From an uncultured virus (IMG/VR IMGVR_UViG_3300021197_001705) (taxonomy: Duplodnaviria; Heunggongvirae; Uroviricota; Caudoviricetes), in the IMG/VR virus record IMGVR_UViG_3300021197_001705: a DNA stretch of 64,000 nucleotides; one strand, 5' to 3'. The position numbers and the translations under genes are program-made. The notes under the pieces are model-generated. The model saw nothing but the letters and a program-made list of their open reading frames with translations. It ran no database searches and had not been told where the DNA came from. Every line of letters begins with the position of its first letter. Position 1 is the stretch's first letter. Below, in pieces: positions 25,450-34,947 of this stretch.

Positions 25450-26091
25450 CTATGCTTTGTATTTAAATAACTGAAATAAAAAGTCCTTGATTACCTTGTC
25501 TTTGCAAGAGTCGTCTTCTTCGCATTCATATAGCTTCCAACTAAACGCTCTTTTGCCATTGACTATTTTTTTGTTAATATCTGAAATTTCATCTCTTATT
25601 ACTGAACTAACTCCTTCGTATCTGGTTGGCATTATATCAAGTTTTTCACAAATATCAAGAAATTTACCCCAGTTTCTATCGTTATAGGATTTCGTACAAT
25701 CCTTAAACATCAGAATCTTTTCTTTTATTTCTGGTGTCTCTTCGCGACCAGCAAACTTATCAGGGTGGATTCTCGAAGTTACCATTCTATACATCTTTGT
25801 GAAAACTTTATGTATTTTTGGCGGTGGAGGTTCAGGTGAAGCCTCAACTTTTATTATACCTTCTTCGTCAACCTCTTGTTTTTTTGGATGCGGAATTACT
25901 TCCTCTATTCTTTCTTTGTGTTTTTCGTTTAAATCAGTAAGGGGGACATCGTTTTCGGCACAAAACCTCTGGTAGTATGCTTCGAAATCAGAATGGGCGT
26001 CTGCTAGGACTTCCTTAACAAATTCCAATTCAGTATAAACAAAAACCAACTCTTTAACTAATTTTTTGTATCTCTTTTGTACCAAGGACAT
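25450..26091 (-). CDS. J-domain (DnaJ-like) protein
   Basis: MYRMVTSRIHPDKF HPD motif flanked by helices. Confidence 0.7.
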   Translation of the reverse strand: MSLVQKRYKKLVKELVFVYTELEFVKEVLADAHSDFEAYYQRFCAENDVPLTDLNEKHKERIEEVIPHPKKQEVDEEGIIKVEASPEPPPPKIHKVFTKMYRMVTSRIHPDKFAGREETPEIKEKILMFKDCTKSYNDRNWGKFLDICEKLDIMPTRYEGVSSVIRDEISDINKKIVNGKRAFSWKLYECEEDDSCKDKVIKDFLFQLFKYKA

Positions 26092-26098
26092 ACCTTAA

Positions 26099-27010
26099 CT
26101 AGTCTCGGTCTTCTGCAATCCTGTTGAATTCTCTGTAGGAAAACAATTCTTTTGTTGGACGCTGTGTTTCTCTAGCTAAATCGGACAACATATATTCACG
26201 ATAAGCATCCCAGCCATCCAAATTATAAAAGTTTTCTACATTGTGTTGGTACCCATTGTTAACGTTCACACCGTAAAAAACATCTTTTGGTTCAAAAAAT
26301 CTAGCACTCCATCTTTCTTCTACTGGCATTTTACTTCTGGGGAGCCCTCGTTCGTCAACAATTTCTGTAGTGTACATTCCGGTTCCTTTTCTAGCATTAC
26401 GACGATAGATTATAAATTCTTCTTTACCAAAAGTAAAACTAGAATACATATTATCCTCCACAGTCTTTCCCTCAGAGACCACATAGAAGTTGTTTTTATT
26501 TCTTATTTTACCTCTAACTTTTTGTAGTTTTCTTGGGTCCATAATCCCATAAGGAAATGAAACATAGTATTTTTCTGGTATTAACCACTTAGATAATTGA
26601 CTGGCGATCTTCAAGCAAGAGATTGCCCCGGTCAGAACTGACCACGAAAGACTATCTCTTCTGTATCTATCTTTTGCGTGGACCGGGACCCAATAGATTG
26701 GTATACGCTTTCTACGAAGACTCGGCAATGCATCAAATTTATTATAAAAATGCACCGGATCTTGGATAAAGTCTCCGACCCTATGCCTAACTACAGGTGC
26801 CAAATCATCATTGCAAATAACCCATATCGTATCGCAGCCAGCAAATGCCGCTTCAATGATAGCAGCTTCGATCATCGTGTAGTCTGGTGCTATTGGGACC
26901 AAACAATCAGGGTATGGCATACCAAAGTCTAAAGGCTGGCCGGCAACCGGTATGATCCCTGCAAGATGGAAATTTGCTTGTGACGAGTAAGGCTTTTCTT
27001 CAACAAGCAT
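26099..27010 (-). CDS. Divergent NTP-transferase (sugar-nucleotidyltransferase-like) protein
   Basis: AGIIPVAG...PDCLVPI...AGCDTIWVI; alternative start at 27037. Confidence 0.65.
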   Translation of the reverse strand: MLVEEKPYSSQANFHLAGIIPVAGQPLDFGMPYPDCLVPIAPDYTMIEAAIIEAAFAGCDTIWVICNDDLAPVVRHRVGDFIQDPVHFYNKFDALPSLRRKRIPIYWVPVHAKDRYRRDSLSWSVLTGAISCLKIASQLSKWLIPEKYYVSFPYGIMDPRKLQKVRGKIRNKNNFYVVSEGKTVEDNMYSSFTFGKEEFIIYRRNARKGTGMYTTEIVDERGLPRSKMPVEERWSARFFEPKDVFYGVNVNNGYQHNVENFYNLDGWDAYREYMLSDLARETQRPTKELFSYREFNRIAEDRD

Positions 27011-27037
27011 GAGACTCCATTTTATTGCTTTTATCAT

Positions 27038-27880
27038 TCATAAATAACTAGGCAGTTTAAAAGTATCTTGTAAAATCTTAATTTGATTATGTCGAAAAAG
27101 TTTCTTCGCTAAATTCCATGCTTTACCTTCCTTTCTTTTGTCTTGTAAAATTTCATCTAATGTCCTAGTGGGCGTATAATCCTCTATAACCTCACGGTGC
27201 GTGTGCTCAATTTTGATCGGCATATGAACCTGTTGTCCCTTAGTACCGTAACCATTGCTTTGGCCCCTTATGCCAGACCCAAGCATCATCTTAATAGTTT
27301 TCAACCTAGCTATACCTTCGGTATGGCCCACATCATTCAAATATCTTATCGGTAATCGAGATTCTGCACACACGTCTCTCATGAAACTGTTGGTCCCGAT
27401 TCTGTTTGCTTTATAAAAATGCAGTGTATGAACAAAGTCACTCTTTTTGTCCTCGATAACATCATAGGTGTGATTATTGCCAGACCTAACATTAAACCAA
27501 TCGTAAACACTAACGTGGGAATCTCCCATTTTTTCAAATATAGTCAGTTCGTCATAAGTAATAATAATTCTTTTGTTGAACTCGGTGACAAGAATAAACC
27601 TATTGTTTTCCTCTCTATATGTCTTTACTATGTTAGGAAATATAATCTGCCCTGACATTGATAAAAGGAAGGATAGTCTGTCCCACATCTCTGATTTGTA
27701 AGTCTTTCGATTGTTGTCATATCCTAAAAACTTAAGACTATTAGTATATTCTACAGTTGATAGTTGGAAAGGATACAGCGGGTCGATTAATAGAACTTGC
27801 TCATTATTTATAAACGAATGAAGCAAACACTCCACAGACCCACCAACATTAAGCTTATTAAAGTGATATTCAGTTATCAT
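27038..27880 (-). CDS. Hypothetical protein (280 aa)
   Basis: ORF track; weak Rossmann-like start (LNVGGSVECLL). Confidence 0.7.
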   Translation of the reverse strand: MITEYHFNKLNVGGSVECLLHSFINNEQVLLIDPLYPFQLSTVEYTNSLKFLGYDNNRKTYKSEMWDRLSFLLSMSGQIIFPNIVKTYREENNRFILVTEFNKRIIITYDELTIFEKMGDSHVSVYDWFNVRSGNNHTYDVIEDKKSDFVHTLHFYKANRIGTNSFMRDVCAESRLPIRYLNDVGHTEGIARLKTIKMMLGSGIRGQSNGYGTKGQQVHMPIKIEHTHREVIEDYTPTRTLDEILQDKRKEGKAWNLAKKLFRHNQIKILQDTFKLPSYL

Positions 27881-28165
27881 TTACCACTCTTTGGGGTCTC
27901 GAATGACCATTTTTTCCACTGATTTATTATTTTCTTCATCTTTGTCCATCCTCATAATAAATTGAATTGGTATCCTCTTAATTAGTTCATCACCCAGCAT
28001 TATATCATATGCTATGTAGTATCCCTCTGGTTCTTGGCCTCCCGGTAATCCCATACTATAAGGCCCTTTTACTATCACACCGTATTTCATCTCCCAGTCT
28101 CCGGCCATAACTTTTCCGAAATCACTTAGCTCCACAAGATCTCCAACTTTGAACTTATGTCCCAC
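27881..28165 (-). CDS. VGDLV-family protein (MGHKFKVGDLVELS...YGVIV)
   Basis: ORF track; GAGG RBS. Confidence 0.75.
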   Translation of the reverse strand: MGHKFKVGDLVELSDFGKVMAGDWEMKYGVIVKGPYSMGLPGGQEPEGYYIAYDIMLGDELIKRIPIQFIMRMDKDEENNKSVEKMVIRDPKEW

Positions 28166-28886
28166 CTCGCAGTTTCCTGTATGAATTAACAGTCACAGGC
28201 CATAGATCTGTTGCTATTTCCAAGCAGGCCTCCGCCACTTTTTGAATCTCCCATTGCGCTCCTTCGTGTGTGCGAAGGTCAATAAACTTCAAGAGGTTGG
28301 ATAAATTGACTGTGCCGTAGTATTCAGTGTAGAGGTTCTGTGGTAGAACTCCGCGAGCTTGTTCTCTACATACTCCTTTGTCAATGAGTGTATAAAAAAG
28401 CTTTAGACTTGATTCGTGATGAACTTTTACCACTTCAGACGCGGTTCTCGTTTTAGTTGGGATAACTGAATTGTATATACGACTCCAATTAGGATCTATT
28501 AACTCGTCTGGGTTGGAAGCTTGTCGGTTTGACTTGTGTTGCGTTCTGAATTGCTTTGGTTCATAAAATTGTAGATCCTTGTCGGTATATCTTCTAGAAA
28601 TCTCATTGTAGGACCATGTTCTATGGCGATGGTGCTGAGAACGAACGAACAAAGGCACAACAAATTTAAAGGTAACAAGATTATGTTCCAATGTAGAGGT
28701 GTGTCTATGCTTGATAAGGTAATTAATAAGTCGCTTGTCACGCCCATCAAGATCAGACTTTTGCACACCAAAACTAACCCTTGCGCTGTTAACAACGGTA
28801 ATGTCGCTGCCCATATGATCAACGTAACATACCGAACCAATACTGTCACTATATAAATTGATACTTTTATCATACTCTTCCATCAT
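28155..28886 (-). CDS. thyX: FAD-dependent thymidylate synthase
   Basis: NSARVSF, HTSTLEH, RHRTWSYNEISRRY, EQARGVLP, AQWEI. Confidence 0.97.
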   Translation of the reverse strand: MMEEYDKSINLYSDSIGSVCYVDHMGSDITVVNSARVSFGVQKSDLDGRDKRLINYLIKHRHTSTLEHNLVTFKFVVPLFVRSQHHRHRTWSYNEISRRYTDKDLQFYEPKQFRTQHKSNRQASNPDELIDPNWSRIYNSVIPTKTRTASEVVKVHHESSLKLFYTLIDKGVCREQARGVLPQNLYTEYYGTVNLSNLLKFIDLRTHEGAQWEIQKVAEACLEIATDLWPVTVNSYRKLRGGT

Positions 28887-29561
28887 TTACCTCATGTAGG
28901 ATTTTATTTCACTTTCAGGATCAGAGGCGACTACGCCAGATTCATCACCCATTTTATGTTCAGGGGCTTCAGAGAAAAACGGAATATAAAACTTTCGGCC
29001 ACCGATCTCGCTGTAATAGTCTTGTCTTGTGTCATCAGATACAACCATGTCTCTTGAATCAACTAGATAGTATTCTTGAGGGCCATAATCTGGATCTTTT
29101 TCTCCATCTGGTTCTGTTTGATAATAGTCAATTCTAAAATATTGAGATTCTTGCCCTTCACGATAGTTTCTCTTTAGCCTTTGGCCGTAAATTACAGCAG
29201 CTTGACCATATTTCTTACCGAATGATATAATGTCCATCTTGGTTGGGTTTAAAATTAACAAACTGTTTTCTGGGCTTCCGTACTTTCCACCCATCTCAAC
29301 ATAGTCCAGTGAAGATCGATCTAGAGTTTGTTTGAAATCTTGTAACATTTTCATGTTTGACTGAGCGTCGCTCTTAACACCTCTTGGATTTTCAGCAGTC
29401 ATGATACCCACTCTCTGCAAGGTCGCCTTTGGGTTTTTGTCTTTCAACATATTCATGATATTATCAAGGCTGAGATCTACTCTGGCCTCAGACAGGATCA
29501 TTGTGTTCTCTCTCATAGTCTCAGTAATAAGTTCTTTTAAAAGCTCTCTAGTTATTTTCAT
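28887..29561 (-). CDS. Hypothetical protein with an MKITRELL leader and a TAENP (DUF3293-like) domain
   Basis: MKITRELLKELITE; GIMTAENPRG; GKKYGQAAVIY. Confidence 0.7.
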   Translation of the reverse strand: MKITRELLKELITETMRENTMILSEARVDLSLDNIMNMLKDKNPKATLQRVGIMTAENPRGVKSDAQSNMKMLQDFKQTLDRSSLDYVEMGGKYGSPENSLLILNPTKMDIISFGKKYGQAAVIYGQRLKRNYREGQESQYFRIDYYQTEPDGEKDPDYGPQEYYLVDSRDMVVSDDTRQDYYSEIGGRKFYIPFFSEAPEHKMGDESGVVASDPESEIKSYMR

Positions 29562-29841
29562 CTGTAATACTCCCATAAATGTAATTTTCTAATACTAAAT
29601 AGACTGGTTTTTCTGTTATATCAACATTACAGAGCATTCTTCTTTCAATTATGATCTCATCTCCTTTCGAAAGGAGGGAGGAAAGTTTGGAATCCCTAGA
29701 AACAGACAACACTACGCACCTAAGATAAGCAGATACGGGTTTGGTATAATTTTCTGGTAACACTATTGTCGCTGTAAAGTCTTCTTCTTTCTCCTCGACT
29801 GGTTCCACTAAAATATAACGATTAAACGGCTTAAAGTTCAT
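29548..29841 (-). CDS. groS: Co-chaperonin GroES
   Basis: FKPFNRYILVEP, IVLP, KGDEII, LVLENYIYG. Confidence 0.8.
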   Translation of the reverse strand: MNFKPFNRYILVEPVEEKEEDFTATIVLPENYTKPVSAYLRCVVLSVSRDSKLSSLLSKGDEIIIERRMLCNVDITEKPVYLVLENYIYGSITDENN

Positions 29842-29877
29842 AATAACCTCCAAAAAAAAACTCTTAACACATTATAC

Positions 29878-29906
29878 ATTATAACATGTTAAGAGCATAA
29901 AGTCAA
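29878..29906 (-). promoter_or_regulatory. Sigma70-type promoter for groS
   Basis: TTGACT-N17-TATAAT with TG extension. Confidence 0.7.
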
Positions 29907-29911
29907 GTAAT

Positions 29912-30514
29912 TTATTTTACTGTTATTGATACACCTATATTAATTTTCATAGTGGGGAGTCGCAAATGATTTACAAGGTTATGCTTCTTAGCTTTTTTCG
30001 CTGTTAAATACCAATCGGCTCGACTCTTCTGCTGAAGCTTATCCAAAAAGAACCCCTCGGGTTTTCCGCAGTTCTTATCCATCATCGAGAATATCTTTTT
30101 GTTAAGTCTGTTGGCTTCCTTTGTTTTGGACTTAAGATCTTCTACTTTCCCCATTGCTCCAGCCGCTACATCATGAATCATGATTGTCGCAGTAGGGGCC
30201 GCGAATCGCATTCCCTCCGATCCATACGACAGCAAAACAGCACCACAAGACATTGCCTTACCTTGGGCGATTGTCATGATCGGCAGTGATGAATTCTCTA
30301 TTTCTGCAATCATATTCATAAGAGAATAGACCTGACCGCCATAGGAATCAATCACGATAGGTATAACTGGTTGCCCTGTGTTGTGTGCAAGAGTCATCTT
30401 CTGTGAGAACTCTTTGGCAGATTTTTCATCAAACTCGTTGACAGAGATAATAATTGGGCGATATCTCAATTCATGGTCCTTAAGTAAAGGTGATACATTC
30501 ATTATTGCTTTCAT
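29912..30514 (-). CDS. clpP: ClpP-like protease subunit (copy 2)
   Basis: Own GGAGG RBS and ATG at 30514; IDSYGG, AMSCGA, IMIHD, DWYLTA. Confidence 0.9.
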   Translation of the reverse strand: MKAIMNVSPLLKDHELRYRPIIISVNEFDEKSAKEFSQKMTLAHNTGQPVIPIVIDSYGGQVYSLMNMIAEIENSSLPIMTIAQGKAMSCGAVLLSYGSEGMRFAAPTATIMIHDVAAGAMGKVEDLKSKTKEANRLNKKIFSMMDKNCGKPEGFFLDKLQQKSRADWYLTAKKAKKHNLVNHLRLPTMKINIGVSITVK

Positions 30515-30538
30515 TTTATCCTCCGGTTTTTTAAAATG

Positions 30539-30638
30539 NNNNNNNNNNNNNNNNNNNNNNNNNNNNNNNNNNNNNNNNNNNNNNNNNNNNNNNNNNNNNN
30601 NNNNNNNNNNNNNNNNNNNNNNNNNNNNNNNNNNNNNN
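30539..30638. other. Assembly gap (100 N)
   Basis: Run of N. Confidence 1.
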
Positions 30639-32464
30639 GCAATTTCACCCTTAAGATCAGTTTCGTCTTCTGTCTCTACAACTTGCGTCAAATCTATATC
30701 AACAAGGTGTTTTAACATTTCATTGTATTTCTCTTCTGTACAGTCTTCAAAAGGAGCTTGCCGATAGCTGCCCCCATCATGGGGTAAAATGGCTAAACCA
30801 TTATAATTTTTCCTGTTATCCCACATCCATTCTCCAACTTCATCCCATTCTGTTTCTTTTATATTGATTGTAGCTGAAACGTTGTTTGTGTTCTGGCCGC
30901 TACGGTGCCCAGTCTTGACCCACTTTAAATGAACGTTCTTAACCCTCTCCAAAAGATTTAACGCGCTTTCTACCCTTGTTGTGGCGCCCAACGGAGCCTT
31001 TTGTGGAACTGATATAACTGCTGTATCGTGTGGTCGGAAGTATTCATCCTCAACCAATTCTGGATGATTTTCTAGTAAATAAGAATAAATTGCCTCATTC
31101 TTTCCAACTCTTAATCTTCTGATGTAAGTGTCGTTGTGCCATGCATGAATACCACTCGACGTTCCTAAAACCAGCGAAGTTGTTCCGGCTGGCTTTGTGG
31201 TAGTGCAGCGGGCAGCAGGCTTTATCCCGATAAGGTTGGCCACCCTATCGTTCTCACTAGCCACTACTCTGGCTGCTTGTTCCATGTCCAAGCCTTCTAC
31301 AAAGCCTGACGCTATCCCTGTCATTGAAACCCCAATTAAATAATCTTTTTCTGTGTTTCTTTGCCACACTGGTCTTAAATAATGAAAGTCAGTATAAGAT
31401 GCCTGCAAGGTCCCGATGAAAGATCCGGCTCTCGCTCTATCTTCATATTCTTTTTGTGAGGCCACATCGCTAACATTTACTTCTGTCAAATTGCAAAACT
31501 GATATGGGCGAAGCGCAATCTCGCAGCAAGGGTTGCAACCATATTCTTTATCATTTGTTAAATATATACCGGGCTCTCCGCTGCCTGACGCCCTGATTCT
31601 TTCCCATATTTTCATAAATGTATCTTTATCAATGCGGTGACGCATAATGACAGCAGAATTATTAGCCCGGCCACGCTGGGGGTTAGTTTCCCACCAGTTA
31701 CCCGACTTGGAAGCAAGCATATTCTCATCGTCAATACTAAACAAAGATATGAGAGCAGCGCGACGAATACCACCAGCCAAAACAGCATCTGCCACATGAC
31801 ATACCACGTCATGAACCTCGATAGAACTGAGTCTTTCTCCGTTTTCTTTTGCATCAAGCATACCTTCGATTTTAACCAAGCACTCCCGAAGAGGTCGTGG
31901 TCCGGGAGCTTTGCCCCCACTTGTAACTAGTCTCTCGCCCTTTGCACGTATGTCTGAATAATCGAATCTCAATTGGGAAGTTCCTTTGAAATAAGATTTT
32001 ATCAGCGCTGTTACGGCATCTGCCCAGCCCTCGATGGAATCTCCAATCAAAAACCTTCTTGTTCTTTTCTTATTTGGCTTAAGAACGGGTGGTAATTTCT
32101 CCACATGGTGGCTTTGCACTGAAAATCCAACACCGGTTCCGCCTAATAATAAAAACATTATTTCACCAAAAACACGAACATCGTCTATAGGAGCGTAGGC
32201 ACAGTTAAACACCCGATTGGGACTAATCTCAATAGGTTTTCCTGCAAACTGCATTGAACGCATAGAAGGTAATACCTTCTTATCATATACGAATTTGTAC
32301 GCTTCCTCAATCTCATGTTTCAACTTAGGAAACTTTTTAAGATGCATATTCTTGTTTCTTGTTACTAATTCATCCCAAGTCTCTCTGCGATTCTTTTCCG
32401 GTAAGTATCTTGCATACTTCATATGCACTGTTATATCCGATAATATTTTATTTGCTATGTTCAT
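30639..32464 (-). CDS. nrdJ: Class II (B12-dependent) ribonucleotide reductase, 3' end in the gap
   Basis: PSMR, FNCA, GGIRRAALI, NPCCEI, QFCNLTE, TTKPAGT; ends at GEIA, where the C-terminal Cys pair would be expected. Confidence 0.9.
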
Positions 32465-32474
32465 TGTGGGTCTC

Positions 32475-33836
32475 CTATTTTCCTCGAACTTCTGCGTACT
32501 TGTCTCTCAAATATGTGAGATTGCTCTTTGCCGTAGGCTGGGGCTTATCATCACTTGTCATCTCTGTTCTCTCTAATGCCTTAATCGATACATTTGATGT
32601 GTCCATAAAAATAGGGAACACCAAACCATCAGGACCGTTTCTATTCTTGGCAATAAAGAATCGTCCTGTATTTGCCTGTTTGTCTTGTGCTGTTCTGGAC
32701 AGCGAGAATATAAAATCTGCGACAAAACATTTATTAAACGCTTCGGAGATAGACTCCATAGTAATGACTTCTGCATTTAGGCCGCCACGATTAGTTTGTG
32801 AACATGTCCAAACTGGACATTCATAGGTTTGTGCGATGGATCTAAGTTCTTCATATATACTCTCTAGGTCGTGGCGTTTTTCTCCGTAGCTTTTAACCGG
32901 ACGGAGTAAATCAGCGTAATCTACTATTATCATATCAGGGTTTATGCCCCTTTTCTTGAGGCGTTCTATATGACTTTTTATTGTTTGAGTACTTGCTGAC
33001 TTCGTTGGATATTCTTTAATAATTAGATGCCCTTTAATGTCTTTTACTTGTTCCACAATATTAAATTTGTTTCTTAATAAATCATTAAGTTTAATCCCTG
33101 TTATACAGGAATCGAACCTTTGGCCAACTACTGTATCCGCCAACTCTAGGGTATAATAAACAACTGTTTTGCCCTCCTTCAGGGCTGTTGCACCGAGATG
33201 CACCATAAGCATACTCTTCCCGGCACCAGTTGGCGCTATGGCAACACCAAGCTCTGATTTACCAAGGCCACCCTGACAAATCTCGTCAACTCTCTGCCAC
33301 CCTGTTGTAATTGGGTTTCTGGATTTAAGCCTGAAGCGGTCATCAATATCCATATGATAATCGTGCCCAAAATCAACGTTTGTGCCAAGCTTCATTGCGT
33401 CCTCAATAACAGTAGCAATCTCCTCGAATGAAGATGATTTGAGAAGTTTAACAGACTGTATCATCGCTTTTTTAAGTACTTGTTTGCGACAAAAATCAAT
33501 AGCGTGTTCTTTAATAAAATCAGACCCATCGATCTCATGAGAATTAATAACTTTAGCATAAAATTGTCTTATTTGTTTCTGTAACGCCTCTGTATATGAT
33601 CCTAAGCCAGAGGTTATGTTAGTCGCCATAATCTCATAACTTGGATGTTGTCTGTATTTTGACCTATACTCTATAAGCATGTTCGCGAATACCTTAAGGT
33701 GTTCGTATTGCAAATATTCTACGTCAAGAACCTCGCATATCTGATCACAAAATGTCCTATCCTGAAGCATCAGGTGGCACAAATTCTCTTGAAACGTCTT
33801 TCCAAACCTTTGAAAAGTTTCATGTTTTAATTCCAT
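32475..33836 (-). CDS. Replicative SF4 helicase (DnaB/T4 gp41-like)
   Basis: APTGAGKS, YTLEL, IIKEYPT, IVDYADL, SQTNR, KNRNG. Confidence 0.93.
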   Translation of the reverse strand: MELKHETFQRFGKTFQENLCHLMLQDRTFCDQICEVLDVEYLQYEHLKVFANMLIEYRSKYRQHPSYEIMATNITSGLGSYTEALQKQIRQFYAKVINSHEIDGSDFIKEHAIDFCRKQVLKKAMIQSVKLLKSSSFEEIATVIEDAMKLGTNVDFGHDYHMDIDDRFRLKSRNPITTGWQRVDEICQGGLGKSELGVAIAPTGAGKSMLMVHLGATALKEGKTVVYYTLELADTVVGQRFDSCITGIKLNDLLRNKFNIVEQVKDIKGHLIIKEYPTKSASTQTIKSHIERLKKRGINPDMIIVDYADLLRPVKSYGEKRHDLESIYEELRSIAQTYECPVWTCSQTNRGGLNAEVITMESISEAFNKCFVADFIFSLSRTAQDKQANTGRFFIAKNRNGPDGLVFPIFMDTSNVSIKALERTEMTSDDKPQPTAKSNLTYLRDKYAEVRGK

Positions 33837-33859
33837 ATCATCCTCCGAATGTTTTATAA

Positions 33860-34840
33860 CTACTGTACAATTTTCCTAAAAGCAACCCACATGTCAGTCA
33901 AGTTCAACGATCCTTGTCCATCTTCCATGAGCATTTTACTAATGTTTATCTTACTAAACAGGGGCTTATAATTAGATAAAGTATAATCAACCTGTTGTTT
34001 ACCTTGTAAAGAAATATTTGGCTCGTATAACTGCATAATAGTATAGTTACTCTTAACAAGTTCTTTGTGTTCTAGCAACTTATTGTGAACAGATTTCTTG
34101 TTTTTTTCCATTTGACAATGTGTGAATATCTCGGAACAAGAGATCTTTTGTGGTTTATCAACAAAAGGAAAATACTTAACAACAGTTTTCATACCTATTC
34201 TTGGTACACCTTTGAGATTGTCTGACGAATCTCCCTCAATAGCCCTGACCAGTGCAAAATTAGCTGGGTGTACTCCAAACTTATAAACTAATTGTTTTTG
34301 ATTTATAAGTTCTTTCTGGATAGGTCTCCATATATATGTTTGATCATCCTCGCATAGTTGATAAAAGTCTTTATCAGAGGATACTATTATTTTATCCCAG
34401 CCTTTATATTTACTTCTTGTGTTAACATACGCTATGATGTCGTCAGCTTCAACATAATCAAGCTGCAACTGTACAACAGGCATCTCATTCAGATATTCAT
34501 GTAGTCTTAGTTGTTGATCTCTTCTGTTTTTGTAAACATCTTCTTCTGGGAGTTCAATCATTCTGCGGTTGAAACGCACAGGTCTTCTACCTTGTTTGTA
34601 TTCCTTATTAAGTTGTCTCTTTTTTTCCGAACCTCCGTGTCCATCCCAACAAATAACAACTTCACTTGGACGAAAGTCACGACAAAGTTTTTGCAACGAT
34701 TTTATAAATCCAACTGTACCTCCGTTGGGAAGACCTTTGGGGTTCATACTTGGGATGATTGTATAACTTCTAAGAAACATGTTAAGGGCATCAATGATCA
34801 ACACCCTCTTTCTATTACTTGGTTTAACCTCTGTTTTCAT
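33860..34840 (-). CDS. 5'-3' exonuclease / FEN (T4 RNase H-like)
   Basis: IIDALN, WDG, YKQGR, EADDII, SSDKDF, GDSSDNLKGVPRIG. Confidence 0.93.
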   Translation of the reverse strand: MKTEVKPSNRKRVLIIDALNMFLRSYTIIPSMNPKGLPNGGTVGFIKSLQKLCRDFRPSEVVICWDGHGGSEKKRQLNKEYKQGRRPVRFNRRMIELPEEDVYKNRRDQQLRLHEYLNEMPVVQLQLDYVEADDIIAYVNTRSKYKGWDKIIVSSDKDFYQLCEDDQTYIWRPIQKELINQKQLVYKFGVHPANFALVRAIEGDSSDNLKGVPRIGMKTVVKYFPFVDKPQKISCSEIFTHCQMEKNKKSVHNKLLEHKELVKSNYTIMQLYEPNISLQGKQQVDYTLSNYKPLFSKINISKMLMEDGQGSLNLTDMWVAFRKIVQ

Positions 34841-34861
34841 TCTTTCCTCCGATGTTTAAGT

Positions 34862-34890
34862 AATATAACCCATACACATATGTTTGTCAA
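34862..34890 (-). promoter_or_regulatory. Sigma70-type promoter
   Basis: TTGACA-N17-TATATT. Confidence 0.65.
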
Positions 34891-34892
34891 AT

Positions 34893-34924
34893 AAAAAACC
34901 CTCGGTATATTTCAACCGAGGGTT
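34893..34924 (-). terminator. Rho-independent terminator after recA
   Basis: AACCCTCGG...CCGAGGGTT plus T-tract on the minus strand. Confidence 0.75.
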
Positions 34925-34947
34925 AGCACAATGATCAAACACACAAA

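Noticed and set aside
29912..32464. 850-aa RNR-ClpP fusion shown in the ORF track
   Set aside because: The frame is joined only through a 100-N scaffold gap. RNR reaches its expected C-terminal GEIA at the gap, and ClpP has its own GGAGG RBS and ATG at 30514.
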